From: a virus
Length of the DNA stretch: 64,000 nucleotides
Strand: one strand, 5' to 3'
Virus record (IMG/VR): IMGVR_UViG_3300036853_000134
Coordinates: 2,936 to 66,935 of that record
Shown here: positions 9,961 through 19,794 of the stretch, in pieces
Layout: every line of letters starts with the position of its first letter
Position numbering within the stretch: position 1 is the first letter of the stretch
Notes under the pieces: generated by a model
What the model was told of the DNA's origin: nothing
Database searches by the model: none
What the model saw: the letters and a program-made list of their open reading frames with translations, nothing else
Translations under genes and position numbers: made by a program

Positions 9961-10001
9961 ATGGATACCCTCCTTGTGTCATAATAACACATTGCTACCA
10001 A

Positions 10002-11498
10002 TTAGAAGCCCAAAAATGGACCGCCGCCATCCAGAGGATCTTCGCCCCGGCCGCCCGAACCGCCGCCTCCGCCACCGCTGCCCCCGACCGATGGGTCAGG
10101 TGCGGTGATGACCACATTGCCGCTGAATTGCAGATCCTCAAGGGCGTAATCAAATCCGCCCTTGGTCAATCCCGCTCCAATCTGATCGAGTAGCACGGTC
10201 AGATCATCCATTGTTGCCGGCGTGTCCGTGTCGTCAACTACATCAATCCGCAAATATTGCTTATCAGTTGTCGCGGAGTATTTATAGCCGCCGGGCATCA
10301 CCAGCATTCGCTTGAACACCAGCCAGTTGTCCCTGATCCCGGTGCCAAAATTCTCAACAAATACCTCTGCTCGCGGATTTACCTGTGCCGCGAACGCGAA
10401 AGGAGAGCCGGGCCGTCCGCCCTGATCGATAAAGGTCGTATCGCCGTTTGTGATTCGAATCAGTTTGTAGTAATCGGACAAACTCGTTCCGTCATCGGAG
10501 CGGTAAACTTCGTAAGCATCGGCATCTGTAAACGAAGGCCAGGACAGTCCGACAGCCCCGGCGCTTCCAGCGGGGACAACAGCGGGCAAGCTTCCAATCG
10601 ACAGCGGAGATACCACATCGGAAAGGTAATAGACGGTCGTCGGGGTAATGACCTTGACGATATAATGCCTAGTTGCCGCACCAGAGCCGGAAATTACCGA
10701 ACCGGTGACCTTAAAGGCCGCGCCCTCTATGATCTTCTGTTGCCCAACGGTATTATCCCAAATCGCCAATCGCAATCTCCATGTCGGATCAAGCGCCGTC
10801 CGTGTAATATCGCTGTTGAACTTCGCCTTTCCGACGATAAAGACTTCTTTGCCGGGGTAAAAGAGCGTTTTTGGAATCGGAGCGTAAAGAGCATCAATGC
10901 CACCCAGCCAGATGTTGCCTTGCCCCTTGTGCCAGGCGGAATGAGCCGCTGCTGCGTAGGTCGCAAAGAATCGTCCCGACACGGCCGTCGACGCCGCTGC
11001 GGTCAAGGTTACCTGAGTTGCCGATACAAACGTCGCAATCGTGGTTGAAAGGTCATCCCCAGCGGCCCCAGCCCCGGCGATGACGATCTTTGCGCCTGCG
11101 TCGCCCGCCACAAACTGACCGCTCGCAGAGTCCAGTTGATTCGGAGTCCCAAGGCTGATAATCGCGTCCGTTCCAGTTTTCAGAAGCTTGATCGACCGTG
11201 CCGATTCGGTGGCTGCAACAGTCTCGGTAATCGAAGTTGTAACGGTCGAATCCTGAGTATACCAGCCAAAAGGACGGTCAGCGTTTCCGGTATAACTCGC
11301 GCTGATATAAACAGCGTCGTTGAAATCAAATTCGCCATTGCGAACACGGTTGCCTATCGTCGGAACAACAACCGGTGCCGTGACTGTGTTCTGTAGTTGA
11401 GTATTCGCGGAACCAAGCCCACTCTCGAGCTCGCTGATACGGTCGTTCAGCGCTCTCTCGCGGCTCATCTGCGCGTAGTCAACTATGAACATGCTCAT
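10002..11498 (-). CDS. Tail protein
   Basis: Start MSMFIVDY overlaps the upstream stop (ATGA); NRVRNGEFD carbohydrate-binding-like start; FN3-like LSW...YEVYRS. Confidence 0.65.
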   Translation of the reverse strand: MSMFIVDYAQMSRERALNDRISELESGLGSANTQLQNTVTAPVVVPTIGNRVRNGEFDFNDAVYISASYTGNADRPFGWYTQDSTVTTSITETVAATESARSIKLLKTGTDAIISLGTPNQLDSASGQFVAGDAGAKIVIAGAGAAGDDLSTTIATFVSATQVTLTAAASTAVSGRFFATYAAAAHSAWHKGQGNIWLGGIDALYAPIPKTLFYPGKEVFIVGKAKFNSDITRTALDPTWRLRLAIWDNTVGQQKIIEGAAFKVTGSVISGSGAATRHYIVKVITPTTVYYLSDVVSPLSIGSLPAVVPAGSAGAVGLSWPSFTDADAYEVYRSDDGTSLSDYYKLIRITNGDTTFIDQGGRPGSPFAFAAQVNPRAEVFVENFGTGIRDNWLVFKRMLVMPGGYKYSATTDKQYLRIDVVDDTDTPATMDDLTVLLDQIGAGLTKGGFDYALEDLQFSGNVVITAPDPSVGGSGGGGGGSGGRGEDPLDGGGPFLGF

Positions 11499-13741
11499 AT
11501 GAAGATCCTCGAAACCGTTCCCTGATTCCAGAGCCCGAAAAACTTGTAACCGATGCCCGTCCCGGAAATCTTTATCGCGTAGACTTTGCAATTAGTGGCC
11601 GCCGAGGTCAGCCAGTCGGTTATCGCCTTGGCATTGACGGAAGAAAAAGTGATCGTATCGACAGCGTTTGTCGTATCAAAATCCTTGTAGACCGTGAGCG
11701 TGACGGTATTCGTATTGCCGCCCTGATAATCAAGCATCGACAAATAGATTGTCTTCAGCCATTGAGCATAGCCACCGGTTCGCCAGGCGTGCGTAAAGCT
11801 CCAGCTAATCGTAGTTGTCCCGCCGTCAAACTGCCAGAGATTGTATGCTGAGATCGTAAACGGTTGCGCAGTTACTGCTGTTATCGCGTTGGTCGCGAGT
11901 ACTACGTGAGTGGCGTCGGTAAAGGTCAGGATGGTGGTCGTAAGGATTCCGCCAGCCGTTCCAGCGCCAGTTATCGCAATGATCTTGCCAACATCAGCAG
12001 AGGTAAACGCCGCACCGCTGGTTTTGGTAAAGTTCGGACTTCCAGCGCCTACCGTCCCCGCGCCGGGGGCGGCAGCGTCCAGCGAAACAAAAGTTGCGCG
12101 ACCGTTCAGATTCACCCCCGAGGTCATCGCCTGCGGATATTGCCCAAGCGTTCCGGTAGTCGCGTTGTCGATCTTCGGGCTGAACATCTCATTTGTGCCG
12201 AGCATATACGGATAGACCGTGGCAGCGTGAGCAAAAAGGACCGTTCGACGACCTTCATCATAGGTAACAATTATGTTTGCCGGTGTCCAGCCAGCGGTAT
12301 CAGCTTCAATCTCAGCGCCGAAATCAAGGTCAACCTGTCCATCAGGTGTCGCGCGCATAAACTTGCCGGTCGGAGTTGCCCAGTAAAGGACAGTCCCGAC
12401 GACACAGGCGGACAATTGCCCGGCGCATCCGTGACGATCCCAGATAGGACGCAGTACCAGTGGCGGGCCGTCAGTCGCGCCCGTCCAGATAAGCTGATGA
12501 ATGGAGTTCTTGCATAGAATGTAAACAAATCCGTCCTGTGGGCGTCCAATGACCGCCACGGCAGGCTCTGGCAATGACTGCGCCCAGCGAGCCGGATAGC
12601 TTTCCGGAAACCCCGGACGCGAGACCGAAACCGTCATCCCGTCAAACGTTCCAATAACCGCCATCACATCGGCAATTGAGACCACGAACATTCCAGCTTC
12701 CGGCGGGTTTGCGTCGATCGGAGGGACAATCGGCAGCAATTCGCCGCCCAGCCATTCAATCTCGACCGACCGCTCGACACCATCGACAATTGATGCCCAG
12801 TGCGTCACGGCCGCGACTACCGTAGTGCTGGCGGCGTCGGCTAAAGTCGCAATCTGATTAACAACGTCAACTGACGAAATAGTGGTTGTGAGCGTCGCGG
12901 CGGCTACTCCAGCGCCAGCGACGGTAATCGTCTTTCCTTCATCATCGGCTGTCCATAAATCGCCTGACGTTCGGGTTAGTAGAAACCCTGCGCTTGAGAT
13001 CGAACCGTGCCCGTCGCCACTGGAAATCTGAGTCTCGCGATATTCAGTTGCGCCGCCTGGAAAGCTAAACAGTAGATACGGCCCGAGCGCAGCCAGCCCC
13101 GGCGGGCTTGGATACCATCGCCATCCGTCCGTCCCGTCAACAGGCTCAGGCGGAAATTCGAGTCGCATCGACTGTCCAGAAGCGGAGACAATCGGAGTCG
13201 CTTCGCTTGGGTTACTCTCAGCGCCAGTGGTTGACCTGAATTTTGTCATTACGCCAGAGTACGTTCCGGTGTTCTTGCCGATCATTCCCGGCCCGAGTTC
13301 GCTGCGCGCGGCCAGCCCCGGAGTTTCGGGAGCGGCGAGTCCGGCCTGCGCGCCCGCGTTATAATGACCGTTTGAAATCGTGAATAACTGAAGGATGCTG
13401 GAGTTCGTACCGATATTCGTCAGTGTTCCAGAGGTCGGGTCTGGAGCGTAGATCGCGCCGCTACTGCCAATAATGAAGAGGGTTCGGGCGATGTACTGAA
13501 TCGCATTTCCGCCCAACACAAAAACCATCGTCGAGCCAGCTTCTATGATGATTGGATTGCGGCGATTTGCAGACGAGGCGGTGTAGCCGGGATAGGTTTC
13601 GAGCGGACGAAAGCCCTTGCGTGAGCGTCCGTAGATCATATTGGTGGAAGGTGCGATTAGTGCATCCGAGTCTACGGCATCGGGCAGTATCTCCGGACCA
13701 ATATATCCGCCATCCAGCTTGGTTAGACCAAAATCCAGCAC
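11495..13741 (-). CDS. Tail hub/nozzle (tail tubular protein B / P22 gp10-like)
   Basis: 748 aa following the adaptors; GAESNPS, VSRPGFPESYP, GCAGQLS and C-terminal W-TG...KT motifs typical of the podoviral beta-propeller nozzle. Confidence 0.65.
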   Translation of the reverse strand: MLDFGLTKLDGGYIGPEILPDAVDSDALIAPSTNMIYGRSRKGFRPLETYPGYTASSANRRNPIIIEAGSTMVFVLGGNAIQYIARTLFIIGSSGAIYAPDPTSGTLTNIGTNSSILQLFTISNGHYNAGAQAGLAAPETPGLAARSELGPGMIGKNTGTYSGVMTKFRSTTGAESNPSEATPIVSASGQSMRLEFPPEPVDGTDGWRWYPSPPGLAALGPYLLFSFPGGATEYRETQISSGDGHGSISSAGFLLTRTSGDLWTADDEGKTITVAGAGVAAATLTTTISSVDVVNQIATLADAASTTVVAAVTHWASIVDGVERSVEIEWLGGELLPIVPPIDANPPEAGMFVVSIADVMAVIGTFDGMTVSVSRPGFPESYPARWAQSLPEPAVAVIGRPQDGFVYILCKNSIHQLIWTGATDGPPLVLRPIWDRHGCAGQLSACVVGTVLYWATPTGKFMRATPDGQVDLDFGAEIEADTAGWTPANIIVTYDEGRRTVLFAHAATVYPYMLGTNEMFSPKIDNATTGTLGQYPQAMTSGVNLNGRATFVSLDAAAPGAGTVGAGSPNFTKTSGAAFTSADVGKIIAITGAGTAGGILTTTILTFTDATHVVLATNAITAVTAQPFTISAYNLWQFDGGTTTISWSFTHAWRTGGYAQWLKTIYLSMLDYQGGNTNTVTLTVYKDFDTTNAVDTITFSSVNAKAITDWLTSAATNCKVYAIKISGTGIGYKFFGLWNQGTVSRIFI

Positions 13742-14352
13742 TATTTGACCATCCTTGCGCGCAGACCCGCCTGATGCATTGCCGCGTACTTCTGCCGGTC
13801 AGCATCTGTTGCGTGACCCAGCCGCCGCTCATCTTCAGGCGTCAATTGCGGATGAACTTTATCCTCGGAAACGTTGAGATCGCCGCACTCAGCGCATTTA
13901 CGAACGGGCATTATCTTTCCGTGCTTTTTTGACTTTATGTGAAACAAAATCCCATGTCGTGAACTGAAATTGTGGCCTCTATGCACGATGGCTTTGCAGT
14001 CGCAATGATCGCTGTCATCAGAATCAATTGCGGCTTTCAGTGCAACGGCGCGGGATTTTAACTCTTCTGTCGGCGCAATCTCGATAGCCTTGTCGAGTTC
14101 CCCCACCACGATCAAGGACTCGGCGAGTCTGCGCCGTTCAAGGATTATATGCTCTTCCGGAACAGTTGAATCATTCTGCCAGTTTGCGAGATTTGCGGAG
14201 GAAAGAGCGACCTGCCTCTGATGCCATTCAATAGAGGCTTCGGCGGACCCGATCTTACGATGAAGTCGACCGGAAACAGAGCGTAATTGGGTTTCGGACT
14301 GCGCTTTCATTGCGGCCAATCGGTCGTCTGACATTTTCTCCCAGTGGGCCAT
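13741..14352 (-). CDS. Hypothetical protein with Zn-binding motif
   Basis: Helical N-terminus; CDC...CAECG. Confidence 0.55.
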   Translation of the reverse strand: MAHWEKMSDDRLAAMKAQSETQLRSVSGRLHRKIGSAEASIEWHQRQVALSSANLANWQNDSTVPEEHIILERRRLAESLIVVGELDKAIEIAPTEELKSRAVALKAAIDSDDSDHCDCKAIVHRGHNFSSRHGILFHIKSKKHGKIMPVRKCAECGDLNVSEDKVHPQLTPEDERRLGHATDADRQKYAAMHQAGLRARMVK

Positions 14353-14358
14353 TCATCC

Positions 14359-14940
14359 TCATGCTGTCGAAATTTTAGTCGTACCGCTGTCTGCGCGAGC
14401 CTTCAAGTCAACCGCACGGCCAGCCGCGAGCTCAACAATAGAGTCCAGCAAAAGTGGCTCAAGTTCATCGGGCACATTCGCCAGACTGGGTATAAAGTTC
14501 GCGACGATAGTCAGCGTTCCAGTCACCGTCGACGGTCCGCGCAGATAAATTGTCGTTCCTTCGAGAGTGTAGTAACTCTCGCCATCATCCATCAGCAGAT
14601 CGTCAAGCGCGTTTTTATCGGCGACAAAGTGAAATTTGGTTGTTCCGACGCGAACAGTCGCGAATGCCCGGCCGCGAATAATCAGCATCGGCTCGGTGGC
14701 GTTTATCCCGACACTGGCGGCGTCAAGGTCAACTGACTGACCGGTAATCGTGAAGGCGAACGGCTTCTGGAACAGCAGGCGTTTTTCGTACAAAGACGGA
14801 TCGAGCATCAGGCGCTGAGCCATAATCTTTATCGCCGTCGGAACGTGCAGCGTAAAGTCGGACTCTTTCGGCACGCTGGCGTTACTCAGCAGCAACCGCG
14901 AAAGAACTTGTCTTGATAGTCTGTTTTCGTCTAACGCCAT
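14359..14940 (-). CDS. Head-tail adaptor/ring protein (paralog 2)
   Basis: Paralogous to 14940-15458 (VPTA, EPxL, IVAxxxPS); position in the operon. Confidence 0.6.
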   Translation of the reverse strand: MALDENRLSRQVLSRLLLSNASVPKESDFTLHVPTAIKIMAQRLMLDPSLYEKRLLFQKPFAFTITGQSVDLDAASVGINATEPMLIIRGRAFATVRVGTTKFHFVADKNALDDLLMDDGESYYTLEGTTIYLRGPSTVTGTLTIVANFIPSLANVPDELEPLLLDSIVELAAGRAVDLKARADSGTTKISTA

Positions 14941-15458
14941 TAGTTTTTACTCGTGAGTACCAGGGCCACCAGTTGATTAACCACGTTGTCCTTGAACTGA
15001 TTCGGGAAATTGGTGGGCGACGGTACGTAACTCGCCACAATGACCAGTGTTGTCGGTGGAGTAGTCGCGCGCGCAATCAGGTTTCGACCCACCAGGCAAT
15101 AGAACCTACCGTTTTCGCCGAGCGTCTGCGCGTCCAGGCTGTTCCGGTCGTCGCAAAACTTATACTCGTTGCCGGTCGCTTCCCGGACGCTGATAAACGG
15201 CGGGACGAGGATGATCGGCTCGTCAGCGGTAATTGCAGTCAGCAGCGAGCCGGACGACGTGTCGCCGGTCGCGGTCAGTGTGATGGTAAAGCTCGCCCCT
15301 AGAGCATTCCTTTCAGGTGAGCTTGCTATCTGTTGCGCCACTGTCTGCATTGCGGTCGGAACTTGTTTGACCATGTTCGGCAACCACATAGCCGAGTCAG
15401 GCACGCCGAGATGCGCGATTCGAGATTGGGCTGTACGGGCAATGTCTACTTTATCCAT
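14940..15458 (-). CDS. Head-tail adaptor/ring protein (paralog 1)
   Basis: Paralogous to 14359-14940. Confidence 0.6.
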   Translation of the reverse strand: MDKVDIARTAQSRIAHLGVPDSAMWLPNMVKQVPTAMQTVAQQIASSPERNALGASFTITLTATGDTSSGSLLTAITADEPIILVPPFISVREATGNEYKFCDDRNSLDAQTLGENGRFYCLVGRNLIARATTPPTTLVIVASYVPSPTNFPNQFKDNVVNQLVALVLTSKN

Positions 15459-16369
15459 CAGTCCGTCCTCCCTGTCTCAAACTGCATCAGCGGCGGAAAG
15501 GTCATCTTTCCTTCGCGGATCAAGCCCAGGCACATATTCGCGTAACCGGCATAATACTGGGCGGCATCCATCTTTATCGAATCCTTGGCGAACAGCGTAC
15601 CGAGCGCCATTCCCTTGATACCGTTGATACATTCCAGTGGCGACAGTAGCCCGGTTGTCGGGTTATTTGTTCCACGTGAAACCTCGCAGACGGTCAGATT
15701 GAATGTCGTGCCAAGAAAATAAACCCTGTCTTCGACTACATCCCAATGGCCTTCCGTGGCCTCAGGACCGCCATAGGTATCGTTGCCGGTCCATGTAGCG
15801 GTTGCACCCGTAACGCCGACAATCGCGGGACTGCTTACGGTAATGCTCTGCAAAAAGGTGTCGACTGTCAGGATTGTCGCCACCAGCGGGCCGCCAGTGC
15901 CAGCCCCGGCAATGCTGATCGTCTTGCCAACGTCCGACTGTGTAAATCGCCAGCCGGAATTACGCCCCGCCACACTGGTATTGATCGCGATATTGACGCT
16001 TGCCGTTCTACTCGCTTGATCGTCCGCCCACGCCCTGATCCACTCGGCCGGAGTACGAATACCCGGCCATAGCTCACCGTTCTGGTAGGTTATCTGAACA
16101 GGGCCTATGGGTCCGGTATGCGCCGGAATCAACGCCGCCTGAGCGACTGCCACCGGTGCCTGATAGAACATTATCCGGCGGGGATGCTTGTCGGTCTCAC
16201 AGATTGCACGCTGAAACTCCACGTCGGCGTCTATTATCGCATCTTCGATTTCAGTTTCCTTCCAGCGCTTTTCGTTCGCGTCAAACGTGCCATAGGTCGT
16301 ACGCGACACCCCAAGGAGCGCCATCGTCTGATTTTTGGCTACGCTGAACGGAACGACTGGGACGGCCAA
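15458..16369 (-). CDS. Head-tail adaptor-like protein with inserted GAG domain
   Basis: RWKETEIEDAIIDA N-terminal helix and AAQYYAGY C-terminal helix typical of adaptors. Confidence 0.6.
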   Translation of the reverse strand: MAVPVVPFSVAKNQTMALLGVSRTTYGTFDANEKRWKETEIEDAIIDADVEFQRAICETDKHPRRIMFYQAPVAVAQAALIPAHTGPIGPVQITYQNGELWPGIRTPAEWIRAWADDQASRTASVNIAINTSVAGRNSGWRFTQSDVGKTISIAGAGTGGPLVATILTVDTFLQSITVSSPAIVGVTGATATWTGNDTYGGPEATEGHWDVVEDRVYFLGTTFNLTVCEVSRGTNNPTTGLLSPLECINGIKGMALGTLFAKDSIKMDAAQYYAGYANMCLGLIREGKMTFPPLMQFETGRTD

Positions 16370-16376
16370 GGGTCAC

Positions 16377-17075
16377 CTACTTCTTGGGTTTTTTCTTCTC
16401 TTCGGTTGAACCAGCAACAGCCGCCGCAAGCTCCGGGGTCATAAACTCTTCGGTGGCAGCGTCAAGCTCGTTGATTTTGGCGTCAAGTTCAGCCTCAGTC
16501 AAATCAGGGTCAAGAGTCCCACCGACAGGCCACGCTTTGTGGGCGAGAATCAGCTTGCGCTTTTCATCGACTCTTTTGACGGTCGCGGCTCGCTCGCCAG
16601 CGGCAGCGGCTTTCTTTGCGTTCGCGGCCTCAGCGGGGTCGGGGTTGTCCAGCTTTTGCAACACCGCGTCCAGCTCCGGCTCTGTCATCTTTGAGGTATC
16701 GACTGAGACAACGGCATTCGGGTGACCGGCAACGCGTTTGCGCTTTTCCACAATCCGGACCTCGGAGGCGTGCTTTTCTTCAGCTTCCAGCGCCAGTTGA
16801 TCGGATTTTGCCTTCTCGGCCGCCACCTGCGCAAGATGTTCGTTGAAAGATTTTACTTCCTCGTCGGTTGCAGCTTCGAAAAACCTGTCGAATTCCGCCT
16901 TGTCCCACGGCTCGAACAGCTCAACGACCTTTTGCGCGCCCTTGTCCCATTCGACAAGCTTTTCCAGGAAAGTACCGGGTGCATACGAATGGAATCCGTC
17001 GCGTGTGCGGTACTGACGATCAAGAACCGCTGTCTCAAATTCAGCAATCGCGTTTTTTGTTTTGTAAAATGCCAT
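16377..17075 (-). CDS. Hypothetical acidic/helical late protein
   Basis: Start MAFYKTK at 17075 behind AGGAG; repeated TExELDA motif. Confidence 0.6.
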   Translation of the reverse strand: MAFYKTKNAIAEFETAVLDRQYRTRDGFHSYAPGTFLEKLVEWDKGAQKVVELFEPWDKAEFDRFFEAATDEEVKSFNEHLAQVAAEKAKSDQLALEAEEKHASEVRIVEKRKRVAGHPNAVVSVDTSKMTEPELDAVLQKLDNPDPAEAANAKKAAAAGERAATVKRVDEKRKLILAHKAWPVGGTLDPDLTEAELDAKINELDAATEEFMTPELAAAVAGSTEEKKKPKK

Positions 17076-17115
17076 CTCAAATCTCCTATTCAATTGGTAC
17101 CAGGTGGGGCTGGTT

Positions 17116-17808
17116 TTAACGTCTGTGATATGCGCTAAACGGTCGCATGTAGGTCGGCCCTTCAATTGGCGCGCGAAACATCTCTGTGTGCCAGGCGTTG
17201 CTCCATCGATCAACGAGGCCACCGTCACGCAGCAACGACCGCTCAATATCTCTCTTCACGTCGGGATTCTTAATCATCTGAGGCGCGAAGTCCACGAACG
17301 GAACGAGGTCAACCGCTGTATCGGTCGCAATCTTCCATAGGAATAAATCGCAAAACTGAATATTGGAGGCGCGGGTCTTCTCGTGCTCGCTGCCGGGCTT
17401 GTAGACTATCCGCAGCGTTGTTTGACCTGAAGGCGACCACGAAATACGATAATGAACCGGGTCTGTTCCCCGGAACGCAATCGCCTTGTGGTGACTATCG
17501 CGGTTTATCAGGTCGCCAAGGTTGACAGTTTCAATATACTCCAGCCGGTTGCCAAGATCGTCGACGGTCTCGCACCAGATAGGGCGAAAAAAGTCACTGG
17601 GTAGCCCTACGTAGTCAAGGGTGTCCTGCTGCAAGGCTCTGGTTATCTGCTCACCGGTCTGATTATTCGTTGAAGTCGTGACCTCGGCTAAACAGACGTT
17701 CAGGTTGTTGTCCCGAAAGGAAAACAAGGTTTTGGGGTCTATCTGCTCATCGCCGATATTCCCCAAAAGCAGCTTGATTCGACTGTCGAGAACAAGAATC
17801 TGTGTCAT
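17116..17808 (-). CDS. Head-tail adaptor (tail tubular protein A-like)
   Basis: YVGLPSDFFRPIW motif; lies downstream of the capsid gene. Confidence 0.6.
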   Translation of the reverse strand: MTQILVLDSRIKLLLGNIGDEQIDPKTLFSFRDNNLNVCLAEVTTSTNNQTGEQITRALQQDTLDYVGLPSDFFRPIWCETVDDLGNRLEYIETVNLGDLINRDSHHKAIAFRGTDPVHYRISWSPSGQTTLRIVYKPGSEHEKTRASNIQFCDLFLWKIATDTAVDLVPFVDFAPQMIKNPDVKRDIERSLLRDGGLVDRWSNAWHTEMFRAPIEGPTYMRPFSAYHRR

Positions 17809-18779
17809 TATGGCTTCGGTTTCGGCGCTGCCTGGGCAGGTTTTACCTCAATAGCGGACTTTGGTGCTTCGATTGATCGTGATTCAAGCTGTTCCAGTCG
17901 TTTCCGCATCTCAGCGTTATCGGACAATAAGGCAGCGAGCATGTCGTTCTGATTCTCAGGCTCGCGGCTTCGCATCGCTTCCATAATCTGCGTCAAAAAT
18001 CCCTGATTTGCGCCAGCGGCGGCCTCGGCCTGTCGGATTTCCGGTTTCTTGCGCTCCAACCACTCGTAATAGATTTCTTCATCAGCGCCATAGGCGGTAA
18101 AGCCCTTTTTACCGTTCGGTCGCAATGCCTCTGCGCGCTCGGATTCACGAGCCGCCAGCCAATAACTCTGATATTGAAAGGCTTTCTCGCGTGCCTGAAT
18201 CAGCTTGTCAAGGCATTCTCTGGCGATTGGCTGCAAGCGCGATTCAAGCTTCTTAATCGCCTCCATCCGACCTTGCAGGTACTCGCCAAGCTGTCTGTGG
18301 GTCTGGCAACGGTCATCTTTTGGCGTTCGCGGCAACATTCGATCAAAGCAAGTGATCAGAATTTGCGCCGTGTCATAACTGGATTCACCGACAAGAGGCT
18401 CAAGACTGACAACCCCGACGTTCATCCCGTTTGGACCGCTGAAATGGGTCAGGTCATAAGCGATATTGCGCGGCTCTCGGATATCGGGCTTCACTGAGTC
18501 TTCCCATCTGGTGACATTCACGTCCTCGTCTTCAGGGCCAATCATCACGTGCGTTCTGAATCGTCCAACCTGAAAGATTACAGCACGCGGAATCGAAATC
18601 GGCGAGGCGTTCGCGTCTACGATCCCGTGTTTTACCGGGTCCGGCCTAATCTCCTGTCCGGCGCTGAAGATAAATCGCGGGTGCTGGTCAGTTACTACCT
18701 TCCGCGCCACTTCCCCCGGCTTCGTTCCCGGCGGCGGGCCGTAAATCTGATCCAGTCCCAAGGGCGTCTGAGTTGACAT
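17808..18779 (-). CDS. Hypothetical late protein
   Basis: 323-aa ORF in the operon, C-terminal coiled coil. Confidence 0.6.
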   Translation of the reverse strand: MSTQTPLGLDQIYGPPPGTKPGEVARKVVTDQHPRFIFSAGQEIRPDPVKHGIVDANASPISIPRAVIFQVGRFRTHVMIGPEDEDVNVTRWEDSVKPDIREPRNIAYDLTHFSGPNGMNVGVVSLEPLVGESSYDTAQILITCFDRMLPRTPKDDRCQTHRQLGEYLQGRMEAIKKLESRLQPIARECLDKLIQAREKAFQYQSYWLAARESERAEALRPNGKKGFTAYGADEEIYYEWLERKKPEIRQAEAAAGANQGFLTQIMEAMRSREPENQNDMLAALLSDNAEMRKRLEQLESRSIEAPKSAIEVKPAQAAPKPKP

Positions 18780-19740
18780 TTTGGCTTCTCTCTTTCCACT
18801 CTTTCGAATTTTCGTAGTTATCGGGAACGGACAGCACCGACTCGTTGAGACATTGGTGCTTGAATTCTTTGCCTAATGTGTAGGCGATTTGATCACGAAG
18901 ACCGGCAATCGATTTCTCGCGGGCTTTAATGACAACGTCGCGCGAACGTCTGGCCGACTGTTCCGGCGTCTCTCGCTCGTGCTCGGCCACCTGATGGAGA
19001 TGCTGCCGAAGCTCGTCAATCACCGACTGATCGAGCGCCCGATATTTTCCGTCCCTGGTTTCAACCGGCATCAGTTCAGTATAGATTCCGTTGTCTGGAT
19101 ATGGGCCAAGCGCATCAACCAGGTCTTCAGGGTTATACCCGGCGGCAATCGCCTTTTCGCCGCTGATATACCGGTGCGTGTCCCAATCCTTTTTATCCCG
19201 GAAATTCAGGTATTCGATTATCCAGTTGTGGCGACCGACTTCAATCACGTTTTCGCGGTGGTCAAGCTCGATCCACCATTCGGACGCGGGCTGCAGTTGT
19301 TTGACAAACTGGCGATGGAATATCTTGCCGGCGTCTTTCTTACTGAGTTGCCTGACTTCGCCGGTGAACAGGTTCTTTGCTGTGCCGCCGAAGACCAATT
19401 GCTGGACCTCGCGATAGCACAGATATTTCATATGCAGACCGGTGAATACCCACTTACCGGTTGACTGGGTAAGTGGTTGACCGGTGACACTTACCAGCGC
19501 CGGGGTTTTATCGAATTCGTAGATTGCGCTAAATGCCCATTGACGCTCAGACTGACCCCAGACCGCGCGCAGCCACGGCCGACCTCCAGCATCGTCACAG
19601 TAGCCAGCCAGGTCGATCAATTGTTGATTAAACCATGTCGGGTCTTGTGGTGGCGGATCGTTGACAGGCTTTCCGTGCTCCTGCCAGTACTTGCGTCTAA
19701 CGTCTTCGGCTTTCCACTTTTGAGCGCTCATAAACTCCAA
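18688..19740 (-). CDS. Hypothetical late protein
   Basis: 350-aa ORF directly after the capsid gene. Confidence 0.6.
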   Translation of the reverse strand: MEFMSAQKWKAEDVRRKYWQEHGKPVNDPPPQDPTWFNQQLIDLAGYCDDAGGRPWLRAVWGQSERQWAFSAIYEFDKTPALVSVTGQPLTQSTGKWVFTGLHMKYLCYREVQQLVFGGTAKNLFTGEVRQLSKKDAGKIFHRQFVKQLQPASEWWIELDHRENVIEVGRHNWIIEYLNFRDKKDWDTHRYISGEKAIAAGYNPEDLVDALGPYPDNGIYTELMPVETRDGKYRALDQSVIDELRQHLHQVAEHERETPEQSARRSRDVVIKAREKSIAGLRDQIAYTLGKEFKHQCLNESVLSVPDNYENSKEWKERSQNVNSDALGTGSDLRPAAGNEAGGSGAEGSN

Positions 19741-19766
19741 AATCCGGGGTGAGCCATCCCACCCCG
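19738..19766 (-). terminator. Putative intrinsic terminator after the major capsid gene
   Basis: CGGGGTG/CACCCCG stem (19745-19766) followed by GATTTT on the minus strand. Confidence 0.5.
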
Positions 19767-19794
19767 AGGTGTTTCAGTAAGGAGCAACAGCAAA

